A stretch of DNA of 63,612 nt, filler included, from Kipferlia bialata (taxonomy: Eukaryota): assembly GCA_003568945.1 (NCBI GenBank). It is 4 parts of 4 records of this genome, joined end to end, with 100 filler letters (N's around TTAATTAATTAA, not from the genome) between each part and the next. Parts side by side here need not be neighbours in the genome. Positions count along the whole stretch, not along the records: positions 16,831 to 44,691 come from BDIP01000162.1; positions 44,792 to 56,806 come from BDIP01000164.1; 2 more parts are not named here. One strand, given 5' to 3'. A program made the translations under genes and the position numbers. The notes under the pieces are model-generated. The model had not been told where the DNA came from and did no database searches. It worked only from the letters and a program-made list of their open reading frames with translations. Numbering within the stretch: position 1 is the first letter of the stretch; every line of letters begins with the position of its first letter. This document shows positions 38,101 through 51,400 of this stretch, one piece after another.

Positions 38101-40621
38101 GTAATGTTATACATAGGTCAAGGGAGCTGGTATATTATTCGGGAACCATGAGTTTCCACTTGTCATTGTATATTACAACTCTGGCAACACATGACTATCT
38201 ACCACGACTAGCTGCGTCAATATATATACTACCTTGTGTACAGTCCACTCTCTGAGACTGGGGTAGTTCAGCCACCTGAGGCCCCACTTGGGACGGTGCT
38301 TGGGGTCGCTGGGGTAAGGGGTAGATACATATACACATACATGTATACTCATATACTCATAATTTATGTATCTATTAGTATACATATACTCAGACCCCCT
38401 TGGGACGGCTGGGTGCTTGGGGTCGCTGGGGTGAAACAATCTCTACATATACACACACATTCACACAAATACATCATGTGTGTGTATATGCATATTAGCA
38501 GTATATATGAATGCAATGTATATCGTACTTGACAAGTCCCTTGAAGAACTGCTCCATGTCTGGTGAGGTATATGTGTATATACCATGGTACAATAGTAGA
38601 TATATATATATATATATACACTCACTTCACAAATCCCTTGAAGAACTGCTCCATGTCGGGTAAGGTACATATATATCTTTTAGAAATAGAATATACGTGT
38701 ATCTGTATACATTGTGTAACTCACTTCACAAAGCCCTTGAAGAACTGCTCCATGTCTGGTGAGGTATATATATGTACAATAGTATATTACTGTAACTGTA
38801 CACTATATATATATATACTTACTTCACAAAGCCCTTGAAGAACTGCTCCATGTCGGGTACGGAAAAGAAATTACCACTAACTATACAAATATACATGTAT
38901 ATACATGCATATAATGTAATACATACTTGACGAATCCCTTGAAGAACTGCTCCATATCGGGTGCCCCAGTCTGGTTAGAGGCAGCATGGCGCTTGATGAA
39001 CTGGGCCTGGTATAAGAGAAGACATAGACAAATATGTATATACTTACATAGTGCACATATTAATATATAAAGACAATATATGTGCATAGTAGCATGCCGC
39101 TTGATGAACTGGGCCTGGGGTATTAGACTCATGTATAAACACTACCTTATTATGAATGAAGCATCACCTCTCATATACTACTTCGTACACATAGTAATCA
39201 CTTTCAATCATCAATAATAGAGTATACGCTACGCAATAAATACTTATACGCTTACTGACCTCTGCCTGTGTGTACTCGGTCACAGTGGGCATGTATCCAT
39301 TGTACTGGGCCTGGGTGTTAGGGAGAGATAGGGGTGAGGACTCCTAACTATATATCAGAACATAACAATACAATATATATATATATATATAGGGCATGTA
39401 TCCATTGTACTGGGTCTGGATGTTAGTGAGATAAAGGCGGGAATAAGGAATTACGAATACATCAGAACACATTAATACAAGTACACAACGTTTGTGAGAT
39501 ATTGAAATATAAGTTGCATAACTATATATCACCACTTATACATAGTACAGAGATGTACCCATTGTACTGGGTCTGGGGTCAATGTGGTCAAAATACAAGA
39601 TAATTGACTGTACAACTATGCATGTATTGTCTCTTCACCAACCATATGGTTGTCCTTGTTCATGGTCTGTTCATGTAAACAAATACACATATATATACAG
39701 TAAATATAGGGTATATATACACACCTGTATGTCCTTGTTCATGGTGTCTCCGTTGGGCAGCATCTCAAGGACACACACATATATATATATACATAATTAC
39801 TATACATCATATACATATATATATATATATATATATGTATATCTATATGGTAAATATATGTACTTCACCTGTATGTCCTTGTTCATGGTGTCTCCATTGG
39901 GCAGCATCTCCAGGACACCCACCCTGGCATGAGAAGAGAGACACTATATGTATAGACAGTATACTAATATACAGGTCAGGCCAACAGTATGTAGTGAAAT
40001 ATGTATTGTAATATTAACTGTTATATCTATTGGGCAGCATCTCCAGGACACCCACCCTGGCAATGAGGAGATATATATATTTAGTGACATAATATGCACA
40101 CACAGTGTATAATGTACTACTATATTGACTGTTATATCTACTATGGGTATCTCCAGGACACTTTGCCTATACTAATGAAGAATTTTTTACTTATGTACAG
40201 TATAGTGTATAAGTACTGGATATAACTTGGTGAGTGGCCATGTAACGCAGAGATATAATGATATATGTATATATGTATATATATATGCATCCACATATAC
40301 CTTGGTGAGTTTCCCTTCTGCACTGCCAGTGGACATGCAAAGTAGGGCTTGAGTCGGCACTCACTCTGCCAGGAGCCTAAGGGTGAGGTTATATAGAGAC
40401 AAATGGAAACATAAATACATGACCCATCTTAAGAGAGAAAATACACCCTCTCCGGTACCACTAAAAGGTCAGAATGGGTTCAATAGTGTATACATTACTA
40501 TGTGAGAACTACTGTTACTAACCCGACGTCTCGAGCAGTTCGTTGGTGCGCCTCATGAGTTCGAACACCCTTGCGTCTATCCTCAGGTCATCCTTGACCT
40601 TGACTGGAGTGAATACATATA

Positions 40622-40662
<41 letters not shown>

Positions 40663-43600
40663 GTATATATGTATGTATAGGTATATATGTATGTATAGTT
40701 ATGTGGTACTAAGGTATAGTCTAGGTGATTGTAACTCATGAGTTCACTGGCGTCTATCCTCAGGTCATCCTTGACCTTGACTGGAGAGTTAGAAGGCTAC
40801 AGTGCAGCACTAGTATAGTATGGTACTAAAATAGTATCGTCTAGTGTTTGTAGCACATGAATACTCTGGCATCTATCCTCATGTCATCCTTGACCTTGAC
40901 TGGAGTGAATATAAATATATGTATATATATATAGTTGTATGTAAGCATATATGTTTATATTAGAAGGCAACAGTGCAGCAGTACTAGTTATACAGTAGGG
41001 TACTAGAGTATACTACAGCTGAATATACCACATGAGTACACAGGCGTCTATCCTGGAGGGTCAAAGAGAGAATTACAAAGTAACTATAAGCCATATGTAT
41101 GTAGTTGACGTTTACATATATAAATGGTCAATTATATTACGTCTGTAGAAGAGCTAAAAATACCTAGCATGACCCAGATGTACTATACTAACGATATTCT
41201 ATATGCCATAGTTGTATTCACCTAAATAGTATATGAAAATTCTACTGGTCATATGCTAAGCACATATATACCTAGCATATATATATACTATGTGTATATA
41301 CCTAGCAGGTTGTGGGTGGACCCAGATGCACCATACTAAACGCTATATATGTATATACTATATATATACTATATATATAGTATATATATGAATATTCTAC
41401 TGGTCATACACTAAGCACACATATACCTAGTCTATATATACTATATATAGTTAACTCTACTAACCTAGCAGGTTGTGGGTGGACCCAGATGTACTGACCA
41501 CTAATATACGCACAGGGGCAGCCTTGGACCTGATATGTAAGCATACATATACATATCCTGTATACATAGTAAACATATAGTATATATAGTTAATATAGTA
41601 TACATATATACGCACAGGGGCAGCCTTGGACCTAGCAGTAAGGATTTATATAACATATATATATATTATGTATATATATATATATATCATATACATAAAA
41701 TAGTACATGTAAACATATTATATATATATATATATATCATATATATATAAGAGTACATGTAAACATATGACATATACACATCAGTATATATACGCACAGA
41801 GGCAGCCTTGGACCTGATATGTTAGCATACATATATATATATCATGTATATATATCCTGTATACATAGTATATATATATAGTATATATATAGTATATATA
41901 TAGTATATATATATACGGACAGGGGCAGCCTTGGAACTAGGGTAGGGTGTATGTGAATTCATACTATCTATATCTCCAAACATTGTGAACCCACACAGAG
42001 TCCATACATATTTTTGTGTAATCTTTCTTACATGCGAAAAGGACATAGCCACTATATACACATATATAGTATACATACTATATATCCATACCTGAATACA
42101 TGCACTGATCCTGTCTTGACTGAGTACATAATACTCAATAAATAATCATATAGTATAGGATATAAATATATAAATATAAATATATAGTATACACATTATA
42201 TTTGTATAGATATTAGTATACACACTATATATCCATACCTAAACACATGCACTGATCCTGTCTTGACTGAGTACAGGGCGTAGTCAGCCATACAGGGCAG
42301 GAGGGTGTCTGGAAGTAAGTAATATGAATACATATACATTAATATGAATATATATGACTATATTATCATGGGAGGAGGGTGTCTAAGTGTTAGTGAGAGG
42401 GTATAAAATACAGTGCAAATACATATATGTATAGATAATTTAGATATATTGCGTAGTCAGCCATGTATGGGAGGAGGTGTACATTATGTAGTATATACAG
42501 TATACATGCATATACCGTACCATTTCTCCTATATGCACTGGGGAGTGATGTATATATATGACAATACACTGATACTTAAGTACATATATGTGACAATACA
42601 CTGATACCTATTGCTAGAGTATATACATAATTCGTACCATCGTATTGCTAAGTACTATATATATATACTCATTGTATATACCGTACCGTTTCTCCTGTAT
42701 GCACTGGGGAGTGATGGGTTGGGGTGCATGGTGACCAGGATGGGGAGAAGGCATCTGAGGGTAATAATGTATATATATATATAGTATTATATACTATGAG
42801 TATATATATAATATATATTATGGACCAGGATGGGAAGCAGGCACCTGTGGGTTATATTGTATGTATGAATGTATATATATAGTATCTATGAGTATATATA
42901 TAATGGGTTGGGGTGCATGGTGACCAGGATTGGGAGGAGACATCTAGAGGTGAGACAGGTATATATGCAAGAGGATACACAATAGAAATATGGGTATATT
43001 CAGTATGTATATGAATCTATATGTATGGAGAGTGAGACTTCAAGTCATATGACTACATTCACAAATACGCATAACAGAGTATAGTGGTGGGTAGTTGATA
43101 CACGTAAATGGATGTAGATTACACATATATGTAATATAATATAATATACATATATGTAATATAATATACATATAATATAATATACATATATGTAATAAAA
43201 TACACTCAACTGGTTCTCGGGTAGCTGCTCAGTCACGTTCTTCAGACGCTGGATGTACTCGGCCTGGGGGTAAGAGTATATATATATATATATATCAATA
43301 ATACTATCAATAAGTGTATTTGTATATAGTGAGCATATATATATATATAGCCTGGGAGACGCTGGATGTACTCGGCCTGGGGGTAAGAGTATATATATAT
43401 ATATATCAATAATACTATCTGTCAATGTATTTGTATATATAGTGTGCATATATATATATATATATATAGTATATATAATGAATGTATTGTGTAGCTGGAT
43501 GTACTCGGCCTGGGGGTCAGTATCTATCAATGTATATGTATATATATAGAACACCACTAAGTAGCTAGTGAGAGTATATACATATATATAAACATATCAA

Positions 43601-44514
43601 GATTATCAATAAGACTATTATTCACACACTTTCTTCAGACGCTATATGTACTCGACCTGAGGGTTAGAGTGAGTATATATACACACACACATATATACAG
43701 ATATCAATAATATTACCAATCAATGTATTTGTATATATAGTGTGCACATATATATATATATTTATAACCTGGAAGACTCCCGGTGGGACTTAGTGTATTA
43801 ACATAAATATAGTTTGAGTACTTCTTGCGTGTTCTTGATATGTAATGAAAGTAGTATATACCTTCAATTGGTCGTTTGAGTACTTCTTGCGTGTCCTAGA
43901 ACTGCTCCTTGCAAGGGCACCAATGGCATGGCGCATGGGCTCAACTAGCATAGAGACTAGAGTGAGATTAACATACGTACAGACACCATATATGTATATG
44001 ATGATATATATGAATATCTTGACCAGGGCATGGATACTGTATATAAGAGAGAATGAGAAAGAGGGGGAGAGAGAGAACGGCACCAATGGCCTCATAGGTT
44101 CAACTAGCTTAGAGACTGTATCTGATCTGCATCTGAGTGCACTACCATATATAGTATACAGTATATAGTTATTTGGTATATATATATATATATATATATC
44201 AGTATATACCTGTCCACTTGGCGTATCTGATCTGCATCTGAGAACACTACCATATATAGTATATAGTATATAGTTATTTGGTATATGTATATATATATAT
44301 ATATATATATCAGTATATATCTGTCCACTTGGCGTATCTGATCTGCATCTGAGAACACTACCATATATAGTATACAGTATATAGTTATTTGGTATATTTA
44401 TATATATATATATATACATACTAGTGCATACCTGTCCACTTGGCGTATCTGATCTGCATCTGAGTGCGTCTGCCCAGACTGCCCTGTTATGAGACATAAT
44501 CATAGTATATTTAG

Positions 44515-44548
<34 letters not shown>

Positions 44549-44620
44549 CTGCCATTAGACATACTCTCTCTATACAACTATTTGTAATATATGCTAGTCT
44601 GCCCAGACTGCCCTGATATT
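34860..44620 (-). CDS. ATR: PIKK-family Ser/Thr kinase, ATR/Mec1-like, C-terminal part (5'-truncated)
   Basis: Exons give SKAAPVRILVVSTSGSTHNLLVKVKDDLRIDAR (cf. ATR KPKDDLRKD), GYLLDLGDRHLENILI..IMHIDF, ERVPFRLTPN..G.VGV.GGF, and FATC ASDPAVLAQMFVGWNPFV* (stop 34860). The PIKK call is strong; the ATR subfamily call is by motif only. Confidence 0.85.
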
Positions 44621-44636
44621 AAGATACAGAAAGAGG

Positions 44637-44691
<55 letters not shown>

Positions 44692-44791
44692 NNNNNNNNN
44701 NNNNNNNNNNNNNNNNNNNNNNNNNNNNNNNNNNNTTAATTAATTAANNNNNNNNNNNNNNNNNNNNNNNNNNNNNNNNNNNNNNNNNNNN
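44692..44791. other. Artificial contig spacer N44-TTAATTAATTAA-N44
   Basis: Same 100-nt spacer. Confidence 0.97.
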
Positions 44792-44799
44792 ATATATAG

Positions 44800-44852
<53 letters not shown>

Positions 44853-45058
44853 AGCAGGATCACATTGCTACTGTCTTACCACCCAGGCGTCCCACTGGGG
44901 TTGTCTCTCTCTCTCTCTTCTATTAGCTAATGTATATATGTATATATACTATACTCTTCTAACACCCAGGCGTCCCATATATTTTTATATATATATACAT
45001 ATATCTTCTCTCCTTTGTTGCAATATCGAATACTAATACATGCATCCTAATCGCCCAG

Positions 45059-47985
45059 GCGTCCCACTGGGGTTGTCCACCCCAACGCCGCCAAGATGAC
45101 AGAGGTCATACACATGGACTATGAGGTATATATGGTATATATGTACATGTATATATAGTGTGTATGAGTGTATATATGAGTGTAGGTACACCCCAATGCA
45201 GCCAAGATGGATTATGAGGTATATACATAATATTCAAAAATACATATATATATATATATATTTATATTGTATACAGACACATAATATGACATAGGTCATG
45301 CACATGGACTATGAGGTATATACATACTATTTATATATGTATATATGTGTATATATATAGTATAGCATCTACGCTGTGGATACGTTTGTATATATATTCT
45401 ATACAGACACAGTTGATGACAGAGGTCATACACATGGACTATGAGGTATATATGCCTCTATATGTATGCTACACTACTATATGTAATACTATACCCTAGC
45501 TACTATATATATACCCGGGACTCCTCTGCTGCTCAATGCCACCTCTCTCTCTCTCTACCTATATGTATATATACGTTGTAGCCTCTAATACCCAGGACTA
45601 CTCCTCTCTCCGCCCCTCTCTCTCTGTATTACATATATGTATATATATTATACCCTCTCTCACCCAGGACTACTCCTCTCTCCGCCCCTCTCTCTCTCTA
45701 TTACATATATGTATATATATAATACCCTCTAATACCCAGGACTACTCCTCAGTTCGTGCCCATCTGGAGGGAGTCGACATGTGCTTCTTCTGCATAGGGG
45801 TCTACACGTACGTTTGCATGTACTAATGGACATTTTCATATAATTATTGCATGTTCCTCTCATATACCTTCCACACCCTACCTCTAACTTGTAATATCCA
45901 CTATTATCTAACCCATCAGCGGCAAGGTGTCCCCCTCTGAGTACCGTAGACTCACAGCCACTGTGCCCATAGCATGTGGCAGGGCATTGAGAGAGGTATA
46001 TATAAATGTGTGTATATATGAATATTTATCTACATTACTATTATATGTATCCATAGCATGTGGCAGGGCATTGAGAGAGGTATAGCATACCGGTCAATAC
46101 GTATGTTTATGTTTCCGTATGGGTTTATATATACCCATTAGTGACGCTTGGCCTCCCCACACGCCACCTTCACTCTCCTTGTCCAGTAGTATGTGCATAC
46201 TATTATTGAGTACCCACTTAAGGCCTCTCCACACGTCCTGCTGTCCAGTATCAGTATCTTCAGGATATACTTCCATTATGTTAATTCAATACTAATGGCA
46301 GTCCTCACCCCGAGCCACCTTCATCCTCCTGTCCAGTGAGAGGGCAGACCAGACACAGAGGTCCAGGAAGGCATTCAGAAAGTACAAGGGAGAGGCAGAG
46401 GTATGCATATATATTCATGTATGCAACACACATATATAGGCACTTATTTCCAGGCTGGACTACTGTCACTGGGTCTAGACAGCATGCACTTCTTCAGACC
46501 CGGCATGATCATACCAGGTACATTATACAGAGGATAGATACCCACACACACATATATATATATATATGTATATATATATTAATATAATGCACTTCTTCAG
46601 ACCCGGCATGATCATACCAGGTATAATTTAGCGGATATACTTGTGTATATACACATGTGTGCTTATATATATGGAAATATTTTCAATATGTATCCGCTTA
46701 TCAGACCAGGGATGATTATACCAGGTATATATATATCACTATTGTGCATGTAATACAAGTGATATATATACTTTTCCTCTTACAGCAGCCATTAAGAAGA
46801 AGGCCCCCACCACAGCCTATTATGTTCATTATCACTCATACACACACTCACATATATATATATATATATATGAATACATCTTCTAACCCCAGCCATCAAG
46901 CGCAAGGCCCCCACCACAGCCTATGCCATCACAGACACACTCCTAGTGCCCATACTCAGGCTGATATGGACAGACGCAGTGGTTAGGTATGTCAACTTGT
47001 GTAGCATATTATAGATTGGTACCTTGTAGTGTGTATCCAATATTTGAAAAAGGGAATTCATACATACAGTGTGTATTATGCAATCACCCCCAGGAGTGAT
47101 GACCTGGGCATGGTCAGTATCAGTATATATATATATGTATATATATACATCTATACATACATCTCTATATAATAGTATGGTATATATGTATATAAGTATG
47201 GTATATAAGTATGGTATATATGTATATATTTGCAATGACCCCAGGAGTGATGACCTGGGCATGGTTATGGTCAGAGTGGGAATCCACGGGAGGTATGACC
47301 ACCACTTTATACATATAGTGTATATACTTAGGATGGAGATGATATTTGTATATATTGGTATGTATACATATACATGTATGGTCAGAGTGGGTATCCACGG
47401 GAGGAATGTATTCTAATTACGAGAGAGTCAGGGACACACACACAAATATATGTTTACATATATGTATTCAATTATATGAACTTACCCTCCAGACCCATGC
47501 CCAGGGGCACCACCACCATATGCATACTACTATATTATATATATACTGTATACTATATATAATATATATACCATTATATTAAGGAGATGTGTGTATACTA
47601 TACTGACCCTCCAGACCCATGCCCAGGGGCACCACCACACCAGTCATCCACAACAAGGTACAGGGATCATGTAGCCACATATTTCACATGATACAGATGT
47701 TATGCTGGATGCTGAAGTTAACCGTTTGGAGATCAAGAGCATAAGCTACATATACTGTGAATCACTCATTATTTTGAGAATGTGTGAACGTGCTTCTATC
47801 GACACATATAGGATGACAGGCCACTGACCATCAGGAGTGTAATATACAATGCATATATACACTATGAGTCTTAGGCACTATATGCATGTTATCCCTAATG
47901 CTGAAATATTCACCGTCAGGAGATCAAGAGCATCAGAAGGGGTATGCAGCAGAGGGTGTGTGGAAAGGGGGCTGGTCGGCGTTAG
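45059..47985 (+). CDS. Atypical SDR / NAD(P)-binding epimerase-like protein (TIP30/CC3-like), 5'-truncated
   Basis: Spliced peptide RRPTGVVHP..EVIHMDYEDYSSVRAHLEGVDMCFFCIGV..EYRRLT..ATFILLSSERAD..KYKGEAE..FFRPGMIIP..DDLGMVMVRVG..VIHNKEI. The exon with the Gly-rich loop is not in this contig. Confidence 0.8.
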
Positions 47986-48257
47986 GGAGAGAGTTAGGTG
48001 TATCCCAGGACGGCTTTGTATAATAGTTTAATAGGAATAGAGAATTGTGTGTTGTTGCTTGGTTGTGCAAAGACATTTGTGTTAGAAAGAACTCTAGTAG
48101 ATTTGATGGTTTCTAATCGAGGCATGGTGAAGTGATCATCCAGTGACAGAGAATAGTCCTGATCCTCTATTCTGTGACACAATTAGAGACAAACAGAAAC
48201 ACACACACACACACACATGATAATGGTACACCGGAAAGCGGACACATACTGTCTCCT

Positions 48258-48295
<38 letters not shown>

Positions 48296-48451
48296 TATCC
48301 TTTTCTCTATATGGGCCCTCACAAGTAATAACTATCTGTCTCCTCCGTCCACACAAGCAACATCTCTCTCTCTCTCTCTTTCTGTCTCCTATCTCTTTCA
48401 GTAACCGGCTTCTCAAAAGTAGTAACAATCAGTCTCCTCCGTCCACAGGAG

Positions 48452-48491
<40 letters not shown>

Positions 48492-48495
48492 CCTC

Positions 48496-51400
48496 TTACT
48501 CTCTAATTCTCCTTCGTCCACAGGAGAATAGTCTCCTCACTGCCCCCCTGACACCCCTGGAGACAGGTATGGCAGACAGATCAATGAGGACAGCCATGGC
48601 CTCTGCGCCCCTGGGGTGAGGTAGATACATATATACATTGTATACACTATATATGTATATATATACATATATACATGGAGCAGAGAGGTATATCAGAACA
48701 GCCATGGCCTCTGCCCCTCTGGGATAAGTCCTTTAGATATACAATGTATACACTATTCATGTACATATGTATACATGTATGTATATTATACAGGTATGCA
48801 TATACACATGTATGGCAGAAAGGTCAATAAGAACGGCCATGGCCTCGGCACACCTAGGGTGAGCTAGTATTATTATTATTATTATAATAGCCTATTATAG
48901 ATGACATATATATATCAGATGATATTAATATGTGAACGTACCTAGCGTTAGGCCAGTGCTGTGGTGACCCCGGTACAGATGAGACCCCCGCCCTGGCCCT
49001 AGGGGGTAGCTCCGTGGTGCTCCTCCCTGCCACCTCCACACCCCACTTCCTCTGTAAGGAGAAGAGGGCATCTGGTGTTAACATATATATAAATATATAA
49101 CATAGATGCTTGATAGCCACCAAAGACATAGAGAGATGCTGTGATTGTCTGTGAATCAATGAGAAGACATCGATAATACTATTTGCTATACATTATATGT
49201 ATAGCCATAGAAATTCATCATGGGCACCTGCCAGTGACTCAATCTGGGCGGTGAGGGCTGCTGTCTTGGCCGCCTCTCTCTCTCTCTCCCGCTCCCTCTC
49301 CATGTCTCTCTCTGCAATGACGGCCCTCTCCCGCATCCTCTCTGCTGCTATTGCTGCGTCAACTGCCGGTCTCTCACTATCAATGATACCAGTCCCCTCC
49401 TGCGTCTCTACCGTAGTAATGCTGGTATCCTGACGTTCTCCCGTCTTTGTTTCTCTCTCTTCCTCTCTCTCTGACTCTCTGTCGTCATCGCTCTCTGGTG
49501 CCCGGACAGCACCAGACCTAACCTCAGCACTGGCGGCACTATCAACAGGAGAAATGGCCTCCTTCCCAGATTCTGCAACAACCTCAGCTATCACAGGCAT
49601 GCTCTCTCTGACACCAAGTGGCCTCACCACACTCTCACCATCCCCACTAGATGCATCAACATCCTCAACTACAATAGAAGGCACACCCCTGAGGGCACGT
49701 GAATCTCCAGTGAACACAGCGGTAGAGACCTCCCCGTCTGATTCCTTGGCAACCCTAGCAGAGACAACCTCTCTCTCAGACTGCGCTATGCCCATCTTAC
49801 GGTACATTGTACCATCTCTCTCTCCCTCTCCCTCTGACTCATCCACTCCCTCCCTTGCCTCACTTGTCTTGAACCCAAATGCGTCTGTCCTCAATGACCC
49901 AAGAGCTGACATCCTTCTAGGCCTCTTAGACCTCCCACCCATCGCCACCATGGTTTGATGCCTCACCATGCCGCCTGTGAAGGGCTGTCTACGCGCTCTA
50001 GGGGAGGGCAGAGGTCCACTACTCTTGGGAGCAGGGTCAGTGTTACATGCACTGGATATAGTGGCAGTGCTGGGCCATGCCTGAGAGGGGAGGGGTCCCT
50101 TGTGCGTTCTGGCACCAGAGTGCCGGCCCTGACGGTAAGACCAGGAGAAGAATGGGAATTCCCACGCAATTGAACAACGGGATATTTGTATGTGTTTGTT
50201 GGGAACTTCACCATGTAGACCCTACAACCTTGAGCAGGCTGTAGTCCCCCTTGACTGTGTATGTCCTCTTCAGCTGGCGTCTCATGGTCTTGGGTCTGCT
50301 ATGAGTGTCTCGTCAAATAGTCAGTGATGGCAAGAGTCAGTAGTGACTGAACCACTGGTTATTTGAATGTATACATAATTGACATACTTGACTATAGGAG
50401 CATTGGCCTCAGGCTTGGCACAGACTGCCTTCTCATGCAAAAGAGACAGGGCAGATCGGACCTGAGGTAAATAAACGTGAACATAATGAGATACCGGCCA
50501 GAATTGACCTAAAATGAGTCGAAAACAATCACAAACACTAATGTAGTGAGACAGATACTATAAAGACACATAACTCACTTACACGCCAACTACTCTCTCT
50601 AGTACACATAGACTCACCCCATCCAGCCATGGCTGTATCTGGGAGACTGAGGGTGGTTGCATCACTGACACAGGGACATGGCTGGGGCGGAAACAGCACT
50701 TGATGGCTCTGTATTGTTGGTCTTCGTTGATAGGGAGATATATGGAGTACAGTTACACAGTAGTGTCAATACGGAAAATGTAGGTTGTCCATATACCAGA
50801 GGCATCTAGAGAACAGAGACCTGATTCCACCCACCTTGATACTGCCACGCACATGTGGTCCAGGGTGTTGAATAGGCCATATGTAATACTCAGGGGACAC
50901 ATCAATACATATCATACCAACAGTGCTAATCTTTCAATACTAACATACCTTGACACTGCCACCACCATGTGGTCCAGGGTGCTGTGCAGGGCATAGTACT
51001 CAGTGCGAGAGGCATCGTATCTGGTATGTTAGACACACACAAAAACTAATGCAATACTGAGAAGTCTCCTCCTGTATATAAGCCACGATAATGTAGAAAT
51101 ATTTCTATTCTTCTTGCGCACCTCTCCTTCTGCGTTGCCAGTGACACTGCAAGCTGGGTACCGTGGCTGGGAGTAAGAAATAGCACACGCACATATGCAT
51201 TATGTACATCGACTGAATTTGCACACATATACATAGGAAGATGACACTGCAAGCAGGGTCCCGTCGCTAGGAGTAATGATATTCATATATATGCATTAGC
51301 AAGTACCTATTCTCCCTGAGCAGGGCCAGCTTCGCCCTCTCCAGCTCACCCAGTACAGTGGCAAGGCCACCCTCCTCCTCCTGCACACTATCAGTGAGTG

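Noticed and set aside
38527..38765. Echoes with both AG and GT as in-frame cassette exons (also 521-561)
   Set aside because: Their lengths (31 nt and 41 nt) would shift the frame if added to the real exon; no support without RNA data
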